From assembly GCA_002269645.1 (NCBI GenBank), contig NIVC01002451.1, positions 108,437 through 172,436 of the forward strand: 64,000 nucleotides of DNA, given 5' to 3'. The notes beneath the pieces were generated by a model that was given only the letters and a program-made list of their open reading frames with translations, did no database searches and was not told the DNA's origin. The translations under genes were made by a program, and so were the position numbers. Shown piece after piece: positions 1-14,600 of this stretch. Each line of letters starts with the position of its first letter. Within the stretch, counting starts at the first letter, position 1. Source of the stretch: Macrostomum lignano. Lineage: Eukaryota.

Positions 1-46
1 AACAGTTGCATCATCCTTCAATGTCAACGCGACAGTCGCTCAACTA

Positions 47-269
47 ATGGGCGTCGTACAACGTCTCCGACGAGAAGTGTGCACCTTCCGGTTCTGGAAG
101 GCGGTTCGCGCCGAATTCCTTGGCACCCTTCTGCTGGTGTACTTTGGCTGCGGCGCCACGCTGGCCGTAGCGCCATCCGCTCCCGGCTGCGAAGGCGGTG
201 CAGGAGATCCGGCACTGACGGTGGCGCTAGCGTTCGGACTGGCGGTGGCAGTTATTACGCAATGCACAG
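47..269 (+). CDS. AQP: Aquaporin (MIP family), exon 1 of 3
   Basis: MGVVQRLRREVCTFRFWKAVRAEFLGTLLLVYFG...ALAFGLAVAVITQCT has the MIP TM1 'AEFLGT' and TM2 motifs. Donor CAG|GTGAG at 270, phase 1. Confidence 0.93.
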
Positions 270-299
270 GTGAGCGGTGTTGTACATCATTAGGACTCA

Positions 300-480
300 T
301 GGAGTCATGAATGAATACAGGAAGCTACAATGCAGGGGTCGATTCCGTGCAACTCTCACTCATGAGGGCCAACCCGCAAGGCAAGAGAGAGTGTGCATGT
401 ACATGGCCATGAGAATTAAGTCAGGACCGCTGTACATCCCCCGTGAGTGCGTGCCTACGAGGGTTGTGTAAAGCTTTCCC
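300..480 (+). mobile_element. Degenerate copy of a tRNA-derived SINE family (aquaporin intron 1)
   Basis: B-box-like GGGTCGATTCC at 336-346. The body (gagggccaacccgcaaggca...gtacatg...ccgctgtaca) matches the copies at 42240-42370 and 62230-62548 by eye. Confidence 0.5.
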
Positions 481-700
481 AGTGCTTGTCAGCACAGAGC
501 TGCTACGTTACAGAACTTCATGTAGCTTTTATAATCAATTTCAGTGTTAAAAGCTACGTTGATGAGATATCAAACTTCCATCGCAGTCCATGAATCCTGC
601 TATTTACACAGAACTGTTAGTGGGTGAACTAAAATTTGAAAAGCTACGAGTTGGCTTGTTACTCCTACCGGAACCGATGGGCATCAAATCTATTTTCCAG

Positions 701-1104
701 GTCACGCTAGCGGCGCCCACTTGAACCCGGCTCTGTCGCTGGCTATGCTGGCCACGGGCCGCATCAGTGCAGCCAGGGCGCTGTTCTACACCCTGGCTCA
801 GATTGTCGGCGGTCTGAGCGGCTCCGGCCTGCTGATTGGCGTCGCTCGTCAGCGTTTGAGCTCGGCGGCAGCCACTGAGGCTTCCGTCAGCAATGAAACA
901 TCACCAGTTGCAGTCGGGCCGGTCTACTTTCTGCCTACGGTGGCGTCCGACACGCATCCAGGCCAGGCGTTCGGCGCCGAGTTCATGGCCACCTTTGTCT
1001 ACGCGTTCGCCACCTTCGCCTGCATGGAGCCGCGTCGGCCTGTTGAGCTCGGCTGTCGATCCGTCATTGTTGGACTGGCCGTTGCTATGGGACACCTGGT
1101 GTCT
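701..1104 (+). CDS. AQP: Aquaporin, exon 2 of 3 (first NPA motif)
   Basis: Acceptor TTTTCCAG|701. Reads GHASGAHLNPALS...GQAFGAEFMATF...GLAVAMGHLVS. Donor TCT|GTGAGT at 1105, phase 0. Confidence 0.95.
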
Positions 1105-1395
1105 GTGAGTACCGTGTGACATGCTGGACACCTGGTGTCTGTGAGTACCGTGTGACATGTTGGACACCTGGTGTCTGTGAGTACCGTGTGACATGTTAGA
1201 CATCTGGTGTCTGTGAGTACCGTGTGACATGCTGGACACCTGGTGTCTGTGAGTACCGTGTGACATGTTGGACACCTGGTGTCTGTGAGTACCGTGTGAC
1301 ATGTTAGACATCTGGTGTCTGTGAGTACCGTGTGATATATTGGGACACCTGGTGTCTGTGAGTACCGTGTAACATATTGGACACCTGGTGTCTGT
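1091..1395 (+). repeat. 36-bp minisatellite (about 8.5 copies) spanning the exon 2/intron 2 junction
   Basis: Unit GACACCTGGTGTCTGTGAGTACCGTGTGACATG(C/T)T(G/A). The first unit starts inside exon 2. Confidence 0.97.
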
Positions 1396-2415
1396 AAATT
1401 ACGTGAAGGGATATGCTATAAAACATTAGGACACCTAGTTTTATAAGTTACCTATGCAGAGTGGCCCCGTAAGAAGTTGTCTTTAACATCTGAAGTCCTA
1501 AAACTTGATTTAACGCCTCAAAGTGCATGTTTTTCTGGTCAAAAAGCTCAAAGATGTATAGAGTGTGATACCCAGCTAGCGGCGGCTCATCCAAGGCCCA
1601 GCAGTATCGCTCGGCTCGCGCTAAAAAGAAACTTTTTTACCATCGAAAAAAGTTAATCATCTTCGTGCCGAGGGGATTGCGGGAAGGGGAAAGGCCTGAG
1701 GGAGGCTGCAGCCTGGGAGCGGAGCACGGCGCAACAGAATCTGGTCTCTTGCCACAGCCGGCCAGTTGGTTCGGAAATGAAGGAGGAGCCGCCGAGCTCG
1801 AGCCGCGGCACAAATTCCCGGATCGCTTCATCATCCGCCAATTTGGCCGAGAGAGGAGAGACTGGGCGAGGCCGGGAACGGATCAAGGAGACCTCAAACG
1901 AGGAATCTGGAACTAGCCAATCCAAACAGTCTGATCAGCCTACACACACGTATACAAAACGGACAAATCATCAATTTTGTTCGGGCGAACGATGTTTTAA
2001 AAAATGTTTTAATTTCATCTTGCACTGAAAATCATGGGGATTCCGACAGACGGCTTGGCTGTAGAGTTTACAACTCCAGATTCCTCGTTCACGGTGTCCT
2101 TGGCGTAGGCTGGCCGCCAGCGGCAATCAAGGCAAATTTGGCGTCGCCAGAAGAGACGAGAAGACCGGCCGGCGGCGAGTCAGGGGATAACGAACTCAAA
2201 TCCATGCGATGGGAAAATAGCTGACGGGATCAACAGGCGCACGGACTGCAGCTTAGTACAATCTGTAGGGCCTGGATTTTGCGCACTCTGGACTGCTTAG
2301 ACCTGCAATAACGGGGCATTTCACCGGGGCAGTCAACTGACGGACTCTCCAATATTGAAGATCGGAGTCCCTGAAACCTCACTAGTTTCCGCCTAAACCT
2401 CCGCCCTTTCCACAG

Positions 2416-2736
2416 CTGCCGCTCAGCGGGGCGGGCCTGAACCCGGTGCGCTGCCTCGGTCCCGCCCTCCTGACCGGCAGCTGGCGGCACCACTGGCTGT
2501 ACTGGGCCGGGCCGCTGCTCGGCGGCCTGGCTGGCGGCCTCACCTGCGAGTACGCGCAGGATTCGCGCAGCGAGCTGCACTACCTGCGACGATCTCTGCT
2601 GCTGCGCGGCATTGGACGCGGCGGCGGCTTGCGGACCGGTGGTAACGGTGGCGGGGGCGGCGGCGGAGGCAGCGAGGGAGTCACGGAGTTCACGTTCACA
2701 CCGTCGACTACGTTTGAAAATATTCGCTCTGGCTGA
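2416..2736 (+). CDS. AQP: Aquaporin, exon 3 of 3 (second motif is NPV)
   Basis: Acceptor CCCTTTCCACAG|2416. Reads LPLSGAGLNPVRCLGPALLTGSWRHHWLYWAGPLLGG...NIRSG*. The joined CDS is 948 nt (315 aa). Confidence 0.95.
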   Translation: MPLSGAGLNPVRCLGPALLTGSWRHHWLYWAGPLLGGLAGGLTCEYAQDSRSELHYLRRSLLLRGIGRGGGLRTGGNGGGGGGGGSEGVTEFTFTPSTTFENIRSG

Positions 2737-2763
2737 GGTCTAGCTGAGACGGAATTGTTGAAC

Positions 2764-3240
2764 TGGGGTGTCAAACTTGAGGTATCAGATTTGGGGTGTC
2801 AAACTTGAGGTATCAGATTTGGGGTGTCAAACTTGAGGTATCAGATTTGGGGTGTCAAACTTGAGGTGTCAGACTGGGGTGTCAAACTTGAGGTATCAGA
2901 TTTGGGGTGTCAAACTTGAGGTGTCAGACTGGGGTGTCAAACTTGAGGTATCAGATTTGGAGTGTCAAACTTGAGGTGTCAGATTTGGGGTGTCAAACTT
3001 GAGGTGTCAGATTTGGGGTGTCAAACTTGAGGTGTCAGATTTGGGGTGTCAAACTTGAGGTGTCAGATTGGGGTGTCAAACTTGAGGTATCAGATTTGGG
3101 GTGTCAAACTTGAGGTGTCAGATTTGGGGTGTCAAACTTGAGGTGTCAGATTTGGGGTGTCAAACTTGAGGTATCAGATTTGGGTATCAAACTTAAGGTG
3201 TCAGATTTGGGGTGTCAAACTTGAGCTGGTGTCAGACTGG
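2764..3240 (+). repeat. 27-28-bp minisatellite (about 17 copies) just after the aquaporin stop codon
   Basis: Unit TGGGGTGTCAAACTTGAGGT(A/G)TCAGATT. Confidence 0.97.
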
Positions 3241-3831
3241 GATGGGTTTTCTAGTCAGGTGATATTAGACAGACTTGCAGGTCTTATGCTTAGCTGATCA
3301 AATATCAATGTTGTTTCACGTAAAAAAATGTTTGATTTTGACAAATAAATTTTTCTTGGACATTCGAGCACACTCAGTGAGTGGCTGCTCAGAAGCAGTG
3401 CGAGTTATATTCTACAGTATCTGCTAGTTTGCTTGGCAGTAGAGCATTATAAAAAACCATTATTTACCAATGCCCATCGCCATTTTATTGCTAATCCACC
3501 GAATAAATTTATTTATTAATGGCAGGAAAAACCAGCTAATGTTTCTAATTCGGCTTGAGCCAACTTTGCCGCAATGCAATATTTCATAAATATGGTTTTG
3601 CATCCATTAGTCGGAAAAGTCGGAAATGTCCCGTTAGACTTGCATGATTTATTGCTTCGTATTGCAGTTTTAAGAGCATCTCTGGACACTCTGAACCCTT
3701 GGACTAAAATGGAACTTAAAAAGAGAAGAAATGTAAATATTATAATTTCGCTGTCTCAATAAAAGTACACAATTGTACTATAACATCAATAAGGTTTATT
3801 CTAGCCCAGCTAGTTAGTTAGTGTGGGACTA

Positions 3832-4407
3832 GTGACAAGTTCAGTGTGACAAGTTCAGTGTGACAAGTTCAGTGTGACAGGTTCAGTGTGACAAGTTCAG
3901 TGTGAGAAGTTCAGTGTGACAAGTTCAGTGTGACAAGTTCAGTGTGACAAGTTCAGTGAGACAAGTTCAGTGTGACAAGTTCAGTGTGACAAGTTCAGTG
4001 TGAGAAGTTCAGTGTAACAAGTTCAGTGTGACAGGTTCAGTGTGACAAGTTCAGTGTGAGAAGTTCAGTGTGACCAGTTCAGTGTGACAAGTTCAGTGTG
4101 ACAAGTTCAGTGTGACAAGTTCAGTGTGACCAGTTCAGTGTGACAAGTTCAGTGTGACCAGTTCAGTGTGACAAGTTCAGTGTTACAAGTTCAGTGTGAC
4201 AGATTAAGTGAGACAAGTTCAGTGTGACAAGTTCAGTGTGACAAGTTCAGTGTGACAAGTTCAGTGTGACCAGTTCAGTGTGACAAGTTCAGAGAGACAA
4301 GTTCAGTGTGACAAGTTCAGTGTGACAAGTTCAGTGTGACAGATTCAGTGTGACAGGTTCAGTGAGACAAGTTCCGTGTGACAAGTTTAGTGGGACAAGT
4401 TCAGTGT
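3832..4407 (+). repeat. 14-bp minisatellite (about 41 copies)
   Basis: Unit GTGACAAGTTCAGT with point variants. Confidence 0.97.
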
Positions 4408-4967
4408 GCAAGTCCAGCCGGATATTCTCTCTGGAGAATCAATTTCGAGAAATTTCATATTTTCTTCGTTTCCATCTCACTGCCAGTGCAGGATAGAATT
4501 CCTGCAAACCGCCTTGCTACAGTGTGCTCAATATAAGGTTCTCAAGTATGCCATTCATTCTCAGCTCACTACTTCAGCTCACCCTGCCTCCTCCTGACTC
4601 CTCCTGCAGAAGCAGAAGCAAGGCAGGACCCGTTAACCAGTATTACAGATCGATCCTGTGGCAGAATCTGATTTTATCTCTCCCCCACACCCAGTCTCCC
4701 CGCCTCCCCATCGCTGTCCCAACCCTTATCTCACTGATGGATGGGGATTTCCGTGATTAAATTATCATCTACTCGGGATTGTGCCACCTTCAGCGCCTCT
4801 CCAATCTTGCCTGTCGCTCTCCTCCTATCTTCTTCTAATTTCTGCTTCTAGTGCCTCTGCTGCAGCGTCTGCTGCAACTTGGCTCATAAATCTTGCAACA
4901 TGGCATAAGGCTATACATTTATTCATTTACTAATGTAAATGGGAGCACAATAAGTTTACTGTAGGAA

Positions 4968-5813
4968 CTTATCCCACCGAGCTTATCCCACCGAGCTTAT
5001 CCCACCGAGCTTATCCCACCGAGCTTATCCCACCGAGCTTATCCCACCGAGCTTATCCCACCGAGCTTATCCCACCGAGCTTATCCCACCGAGCTTATCC
5101 CACCGAGCTTATCCCACCGAGCTTATCCCACCGAGCTTATCCCACCGAGCTTATCCCACCGAGCTTATCCCACCGAGCTTATCCCACCGAGCTTATCCCA
5201 CCGAGCTTATCCCACCGAGCTTATCCCACCGAGCTTATCCCACCGAGCTTATCCCACCGAGCTTATCCCACCGAGCTTATCCCACCGAGCTTATCCCACC
5301 GAGCTTATCCCACCGAGCTTATCCCACCGAGCTTATCCCACCGAGCTTATCCCACCGAGCTTATCCCACCGAGCTTATCCCACCGAGCTTATCCCACCGA
5401 GCTTATCCCACCGAGCTTATCCCACCGAGCTTATCCCACCGAGCTTATCCCACCGAGCTTATCCCACCGAGCTTATCCCACCGAGCTTATCCCACCGAGC
5501 TTATCCCACCGAGCTTATCCCACCGAGCTTATCCCACCGAGCTTATCCCACCGAGCTTATCCCACCGAGCTTATCCCACCGAGCTTATCCCACCGAGCTT
5601 ATCCCACCGAGCTTATCCCACCGAGCTTATCCCACCGAGCTTATCCCACCGAGCTTATCCCACCGAGCTTATCCCACCGAGCTTATCCCACCGAGCTTAT
5701 CCCACCGAGCTTATCCCACCGAGCTTATCCCACCGAGCTTATCCCACCGAGCTTATCCCACCGAGCTTATCCCACCGAGCTTATCCCACCGAGCTTATCC
5801 CACCGAGCTTATC
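4968..5813 (+). repeat. Perfect 14-bp minisatellite (about 60 copies)
   Basis: Unit CTTATCCCACCGAG. No variants seen. Confidence 0.98.
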
Positions 5814-6574
5814 TTCTTCCACCGAAATGTTTTGTCCCATTGAATCATATCTTTTGTGTTTTCCTTGCATAACTGCATGTATTTGAGGTCGGATTTTACG
5901 AGTAAAACAATATGTTTTTACAGTATATTATGATATCATTTCTTAAGTTACTACTACTTGGACGCCAGTTTCAGGATAGTCAGTAGTACAGCCAGGTCGC
6001 GATTACTAAAACGTCAGGATTGACGAAATCCGAACTTTACTGATTTTTTTCCGCTAGAGCCCAGATATGCAGGTAAAAACTATTGTAGAGAAGGACCTTC
6101 AACAGTCAGGAAGTTGAGACCTCGCCCGCCTCCATTTGCCTTTACTTATTCCTAGCATTACTCTGTCTGACACCCGCTAAAAGCCCCGTATCGCGTTTCT
6201 GTTTCTACTCATTTCCTGTCAACCATACAGCTGATGCAGGCACTCAACACTTCCCCATCAGCTACGAGTATTTAGTGCTGCATTCCATTTGTGACACAGT
6301 TCGCTTTTCAATAGTTATCGATGTGGGCTCGGATTTATGGTGCAAACTGGAGCTGGTATTTTCTCAAAGGCTTAGAATTAAGCTGGATTAAGTGACTGGG
6401 GGTATTGGCTTTGGTGGATTAGCAACTGATACGCCTCTCGAGAGCTCAAGGTGTAAAACTTCTGAGGAGCTTGCAGCGCGCTTGGAACTTCAAAGATGTA
6501 ATAAATTCGAGTTCAAGAGAACTTTAATGCCTCTCCTTTCCTGTCGTTTTTTATTAGCTATGATTAGTCAATGG

Positions 6575-7580
<1,006 letters not shown>

Positions 7581-8246
7581 CCCTCCTTCCACCTCTCTTT
7601 TTTCTTCTTTCGGTCCATTGATCAGACCTTTTTCGCAAATTTTCAAGTTCTACGAGTGCTGGAATTCTTCTCCCTGCAGTTTCAGCAGCCGTGTTCATCG
7701 TCAGAGAGGAGCAAAGCAGACTTTTTCGTAGCTGGTCCCATAAGGCTGTCTGTTCATGCTCGGGGAAGCAGGTCGATTGGACGAATAGTGAGTAAGACAG
7801 AGACAGCCTGGATGAGGCGAGGGCAGCGAGAAAAGCAACAGAGAATGGCTGGAGAGCCATACGCTTTTCTATACTAGCAGACTTCTTCAGCTCAAGTAGA
7901 GGCCATCACGCATGAGAGCCTCCTAGATTATTGTAGGGTTCTGGGAGCGGCTCGGCGTAAAATCGGGCTTGCGAGTTTTAGACTAATGCGAGCCCGATTT
8001 AAGCTGATAGTGGGCAACTTGAAACTATAAAAGCTATGTCAATAGGAGTCACCGAGTTCGAGTAAAGTATTTGTTTGGTCCAATTAGTTGCAAGCATTAG
8101 CAACGAATGAGTCAATTTTGATCTGAGTGGAGCAGTACCGGAACGGTGAAACTACGAAGCGCTATCCGGGAAGGATCACAGAGTGCAAGCAAAGTTCAAG
8201 AGGACTTGAAATCTTACGTTATTGTCTCGAGTGAGGTTCTGCGAAA

Positions 8247-10763
8247 GGAGAGGGAAGGAGACAATGAGGGGGAAGGAGACACAATGAGGGGGAAGGAGAC
8301 AATGAAGGGGAAGGAGACACAATGAGGGGGAAGGAGACACAATGAGGGGGAAGGAGACAATGAAGGGGAAGGAGACACAATGAGGGGGAAGGAGACACAA
8401 TGAGGGGGAAGGAGACACAATGAGGGGGAAGGAGACAATGAAGGGGAAGGAGACACAATGAGGGGGAAGGAGACAATGAAGGGGAAGGAGACACAATGAG
8501 GGGGGAAGGAGACACAATGAGGGGGGAAGGAGACACAATGAGGGGGAAGGAGACACAATGAAATGGAAGAGACACAATGATGGGGAAGATACACAATGTG
8601 GTGAAGAGACACAATGAGGTGAAGAGACACAATGAGGTGAAGATACACAATGAGGGGGGAAGAGACACAATGAGGTGAAGATACACAATGAGGGGGAAGA
8701 GACACAATGAGGGGGAAGAGACACAATGAGGGGGGAAGAGACACAATGAGGTGAAGATACACAATGAGGGGGAAGAGACACAATGAGGTGAAGAGACACA
8801 ATGAGGGGGAAGAGACACAATGAGGTGAAGATACACAATGAGGGGGGAAGAGACACAATGAGGGGGGAAGAGACACAATGAGGTGAAGAGACGCAATGAG
8901 GTGAAGATACACAATGAGGGGAGGAGACAATGAGGGGGAAGAGACACAATGAGGTGAAGAGACACAATGAGGGAAGAGACACAATGAGGTGAAGATACAC
9001 AATGATGGGGAAGAGACACAATGAGGTGAAAGAGACACAATGAGGTGAAGAGACACAATGAGGTGAAGATACACAATGATGGGGAAGAGACACAATGAGG
9101 GGGAAGAGACACAATGAGGGGGGAAGAGACACAATGAGGTGAAAGAGACACAATGAGGTGAAGAGACACAATGAGGTGAAGAGACACAATGAGGGAAAGA
9201 GACACAATGAGGTGAAGATACACAATGATGGGGAAGAGACACAATGAGGTGAAAGAGACACAATGAGGTGAAGAGACACAATGAGGTGAAGAGACACAAT
9301 GAGGTGAAGAGACACAATGAGGTGAAGAGACACAATGATGGGGAAGAGACACAATGAGGGGAAGAGACACAATGATGGGGAAGAGACACAATGAGGTGAA
9401 AGAGACACAATGAGGTGAAGAGACACAATGAGGTGAAGAGACACAATGAGGTGAAGAGACACAATGAGGTGAAGAGACACAATGATGGGGAAGAGACACA
9501 ATGAGGTGAAAGAGACACAATGAGGGGGAAGAGACACAATGAGGGGAAGAGACACAATGAGGTGAAGAGACACAATGAGGTGAAGATACACAATGATGGG
9601 GGAAGAGACACAATGAGGGGAAGAGACACAATGAGGTGAAGAGACACAATGATGGGGGAAGAGACACAATGAGGGGAAGAGACACAATGAGGGGAAGAGA
9701 CACAATGAGGTGAAGATACACAATGATGGGGGAAGAGACACAATGAGGTGAAAGAGACACAATGAGGAGGAAGAGACACAATGAGGTGAAAGAGACACAA
9801 TGAGGGGGAAGAGACACAATGAGGGGAAGAGACACAATGAGGTGAAGATACACAATGATGGGGGAAGAGACACAATGAGGGGAAGAGACACAATGAGGGG
9901 AAGAGACACAATGAGGAGGAAGAGACACAATTAGGGGAAGGAGACACGATGAAGTGGAAGAGACACAATGAGGGGAAGATACACAATGATGGGGGAAGAG
10001 ACACAATGAGGGGAAGAGACACAATGAGGAGGAAGAGACACAATTAGGGGAAGGAGACACGATGAAGTGGAAGAGACACAATGAGGTGAAAGAGACACAA
10101 TGAGGTGAAAGAGACACAAAGAGATAAAAGAGACACAATGAGGTGAAGAGACACAATGAGGGGGAAGAGACACAATGAGGTGAAGAGACACAATGAGGTG
10201 AAGATACACAATGAGGGGGAAGAGACACAATGAGGGGGAAGAGACACAATGAGGGGAAGAGACACAATGAGGAGGAAGAGACACAATTAGGGGAAGGAGA
10301 CACGATGAAGTGGAAGAGACACAATGAGGGGAAGAGACACAATGAGGTGAAAGAGACACAATGAGGTGAAAGAGACACAAAGAGATAAAAGAGACACAAT
10401 GAGGTGAAGAGACACAATGAGGGGGAAGAGACACAATGAGGTGAAGAGACACAATGAGGTGAAGATACACAATGAGGGGGAAGAGACACAATGAGGGGAA
10501 GAGACACAATGAGGTGAAAGAGACACAATGAGGGGAAGAGACACAATGAGGGGAAGAGACACAATGAGGGGAAGAGACACAATGAGGTGAAGAGACACAA
10601 TGAGGTGAAGAGACACAATGAGGGAAAGAGACACAATGAGGTGAAGAGACAAAATGTGGTGAAGAGACACAATGAGGGGAAGAGACACAATGAGGGGAAG
10701 AGACACAATGAGGGGAAGAGACACAATGAGGGGAAGAGACACAATGAGGGGAAGAGACACAAT
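8247..10763 (+). repeat. 19-21-bp purine-rich minisatellite, left part (interrupted by the BEL element)
   Basis: Unit about GAAGAGACACAATGAGGGG with variants and some multi-unit duplications. It produces spurious 584-854-aa ORFs. Confidence 0.98.
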
Positions 10764-11033
10764 TGTTTTGATGGTTCATTCAATAAATTGAGTCTTCGCA
10801 GTAAGCGACTATTTTTCGGCTACTAGCCAACCGAACAAAACAACCAGCGTGCGCACTCTCTCTGGAGAGGCTGATAACTATATATTGCAATAATTTTAAA
10901 TAAATGGGGTGGGTGCTGCTGAACATTATAAATGGGGGCTGGGGCTGAAACGTACGTATCAAAATCTCTGCTATGAAAGTTACGCGTAGGTGAATGAAAA
11001 GTACACTCGTACATGTAAGCCAACTCCTAAACA
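10764..11033 (-). repeat. 3' LTR of the BEL/Pao element (270 bp)
   Basis: Direct repeat of 17528-17797. Confidence 0.97.
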
Positions 11034-11047
11034 TTCCCCCCTTCCTG
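11034..11047 (-). other. Polypurine tract (PPT)
   Basis: The minus strand reads CAGGAAGGGGGGAA immediately before the TG of the 3' LTR. Confidence 0.85.
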
Positions 11048-11641
11048 ACAGAGCAATGTCAGCAACAAAGACCGGAAACACTGAACTTGAGTACCTAGTA
11101 ACCGAACGGACAAACTATGACCATAGCAAAAAAAAACATACAACGCCTGGGAACAGCACGAGAAGCGTGAGGGCTCAAAAGAGCTCAAAAGCCAAACTGA
11201 AAAGATGTTTCGGCACCCGCCACCAAGACTCGCAAATGAAAACAATGAAAATGCGCAAGACCGCAAACTGAAATAAGTTACCACTAAACATCAAAAAATA
11301 TAAAAATTTGCAACTCAGCTTAAACTCGCAATTTTAATAAAGTCGAAAATGGTTGACAGAAAAAACCCATCACCGTAACTTAACAGAAACTTCAAACAGC
11401 TCAAACTCAAAGGAAAAACAAATGCGCCAACTGCGCTCCAAAAAAATCTGATCCCAAAAAAAACCATGAACAAAAACAGACACAACCAATAATCAAAAAG
11501 GCAACGGCTTGAAAAGCCCAAAACTGGCAGAAAGCCTACTGAACGCACACGATACAGTACAAACAATTTGAAAACTCAGCGTAAACTCGGAAAAGTCCGG
11601 AAAAGAAAACAAACAGTTCTTAAGCAAATGATCAACTCCTC

Positions 11642-14600
11642 TCACTCGAGATAGCACAGTTTGCTCACAGGCCGCACGAATACCGTCCCACCGACCTGGA
11701 CCTTGGCCACCCGGACTCGATTGTCTGAACCTGGGTAGACTTCGACTACTCGTCCCAACGGCCAGTGTCCCCGCGGTGAGTCTGCTTTGATGACGAGAAC
11801 GACATCACCTGGCTGTAAATCACGCTGCGGTCCCGCCCACTTGGCTCTCGGCTGCAACCCTGGCAGCCATTCGCGCATCCAGCGTCGCCAGACGTGCCTC
11901 ACGAGTTCTTGGACGCGCCGCCACCGCCGCCTCGGGTCAGCCGCGACGTCGTCGGGCACATCCGGCGCGAATTGTCCACCAGCTTGACCGTGCAGGAAAT
12001 GGTTTGGCGTTAGTGGCTCTTCGTCTCTCGGATTCGCCGATTGATAGGTGATGGGGCGCGAGTTGATAAGCGCCTCCGCTCCAGTGATCGCTGACTGAAG
12101 CTCCTCGTCGGTGACATCTGCGCTGCCCAGAATCGCGTGTAGCGCTCGCTTCGCAGCCCGAATCATCACCTCGTGGGCTCCACCAAAGTGCGGGGCGGCT
12201 GGCGGCTGGAAGTTCCACTTGACTCGCTGCTTGGATGTCTCGCGACTGATCCTTGTCCTGTCCAGCTCCTCCAGAAGTCGCAGTTCATCTGCACCTTTTA
12301 CAAAGTTGCCACCGTTGTCAGAATACATAGCCTTGGGTAAGCCACGCCTGTTCACCATTCGGTAGAAGGCGTTCAAGAAAGAGTCCGCGTCAAGGCTGTA
12401 GGTCATCTCGAGGTGTACCGCTCGCGTCTCGAGGCATGTGAACAGCGCCAAATAGCGTTTCTGCCTCTTCTTAAATCGGCCTTGAATAGTGACGAACGGC
12501 CCTCCCATGTCGACGGCTACGTTCGTGAAGGCTTTTAAGGATCCTGCGACACGGGCATCAGGCAGTGGCGCCATCTGTTGTACGATGGGACGAGCTTTCT
12601 CTCTCTTGCACACAGCGCATTCAACCTCCCACTCGCGAATAGCTTCCCGAGCACAGATAACCCAATACTTGGCTGACAGCGCCGCCAGAGTTTGGTTAGT
12701 CCCACCATGGCTCTGCTGCTCGTGATATTGTTTGATGATCAGCTTGGTGATCCAATGCTTCCGCGGCAAAATAGATGGATGTCTTGCTGCAAATGGCGCC
12801 TGTGGCCTGAATTTCAACCGGCCATCCACTCGTAGGACTCCTGCTGCATCACGTACCGGCTGCAAGCACCGCAGCTTCTTCTCGTTCACTGTATCCGTCT
12901 TGAACGCTTCCTCCTGAGCTAACCTTACCAAACGCTCCTCGACCTCCTCGAGCTCATCCACCAACAGCTCACCGCCGCTCCGCTGATACTTCTCCGTCTG
13001 ACAGTTCCGAATGAACCGCAACACCCAAGCGAAGACGCGCTGCAGTCGATGGAAACTAGAGAATCGCTCTGGTTTGAGTCGCCAGCCTGTCTTGTCTTCT
13101 TCATCGGTGGTGACCAGACATACGGGCTCTGCACAACGCTTCTGGATGCTTGCTAGCTCTCTTCGACGGGTATTCGCCTCAGTAGTTTCTGGCGCAACTG
13201 GAATCAACATTTCTGGCCAATCGTTTGAGCACCTCGCCAAGAATCCAGGGCCGTTCCACCACAGCTCGTTGTCCATCAGCTCTTGCACACTGCAGCCACG
13301 GGATGCCACATCCGCTGGATTCAGACCTGTTGGAACGTACCGCCATTGATTTGGCTGCACCTGCTGCTGGATGAAGGCGACTCGGTTCGCAACGAAAGGC
13401 TTGAACGCTCTACTCTGCCTGCGAATCCACCAAAGCACATTGTGACTGTCACTCCAAAACACCACAGACTCAATCGCGATCTCCAACGCCTCGGCCACTG
13501 CCCTTGCGAGCCGAAGTCCTAGGACTGCCGCCATCAACTCCAGTCGAGGGATGCTCACCGCCATCAATGGTGCTACCTTAGCCTTTGCAGCAACGAAACG
13601 GACCGTCGTCTTACTCATCGTTTCGCTCCGCAGATATACGACGGCTCCGTAGGCCTCTTGCGATGCGTCTACAAACGAGTGAAGTTCGATGGATCCGTTG
13701 TCTGGACGCAGACACCGAGGCACGGCTAGTCTCGTAGCTTTGGAGAGCTCACTGGTCCACTGAAACGCTTGATCAGCCAACTCAGGATCCAACGCTTCAT
13801 CCCACCCAACACCTTGTTGCCATGCCAACTGCAGCATTATCTTTCCTGTGATAACTACCGGAGCTAGGAAGCCACAGGGGTCAAACACCTCGGCCACACC
13901 GCGCAAAAGCAGTCTCTTCGTCATCACCTTGCCGCTAGCATTCGACTCGCTGATGGAAATTCCTAGGACGTCCTCTTTCGCATTCCAATTCACTCCAAGC
14001 GCCTTAGCGGTTCGGGCCTCACCTTTCAATAGCAACTCGGCGCGTTCTGCGCGGTCCTCGACTGGAACGTGTTGCAGCACTTCTAACGAATTCGACATCC
14101 ATTTGCAAGCTCGCATCCCTGCCTTGCTCCATAATTCTACGAGTTGTTGGAAGAGTTTCACCGCTTGGCCAACGGTTTCTACGGAGTCTAGACTGTCGTC
14201 CATATAAGTGGAATGCAGCACGGTGTTGGCCGCCAGCGGCAGCTGTTGCTGATAGTGTCGCGCATTCTCCTGTGCCACAAACTGAGCCAGAAACGGAGAG
14301 CAGTTTACGCCAAATACCACACTGCAGAACTCATAGCTCTTCGGCGTTTGCTTCAAGTCTAAGTCTCGCCACAGAAATCGGAAAAATCTTCTGTCCTCCG
14401 GCGCAATTCGAACTCTCAGATACATCTCCTCGATGTCGGCTGCTAGCGCCACGGGATGCTTCCGGAACCGTAGGAGCACCTTTAGCAAATCCTGCTGCAA
14501 CTTCGGTCCCGTATGAATGGTGTCATTTAGGCAGACCCCATTGCTCCGAGCCGCTGCATCAAACACAATTCGAACTTTGGTCGTCTCCTTATCGGCCCGC

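Noticed and set aside
1897-2089. 15-bp inverted repeat in aquaporin intron 2
   Set aside because: It is short, with no TSD or clear ends. Probably an old MITE remnant.
8176-10826. Long ORFs of 584, 609, 854 and 282 aa
   Set aside because: They are translations of the 19-21-bp minisatellite, open in all three minus frames and low-complexity.
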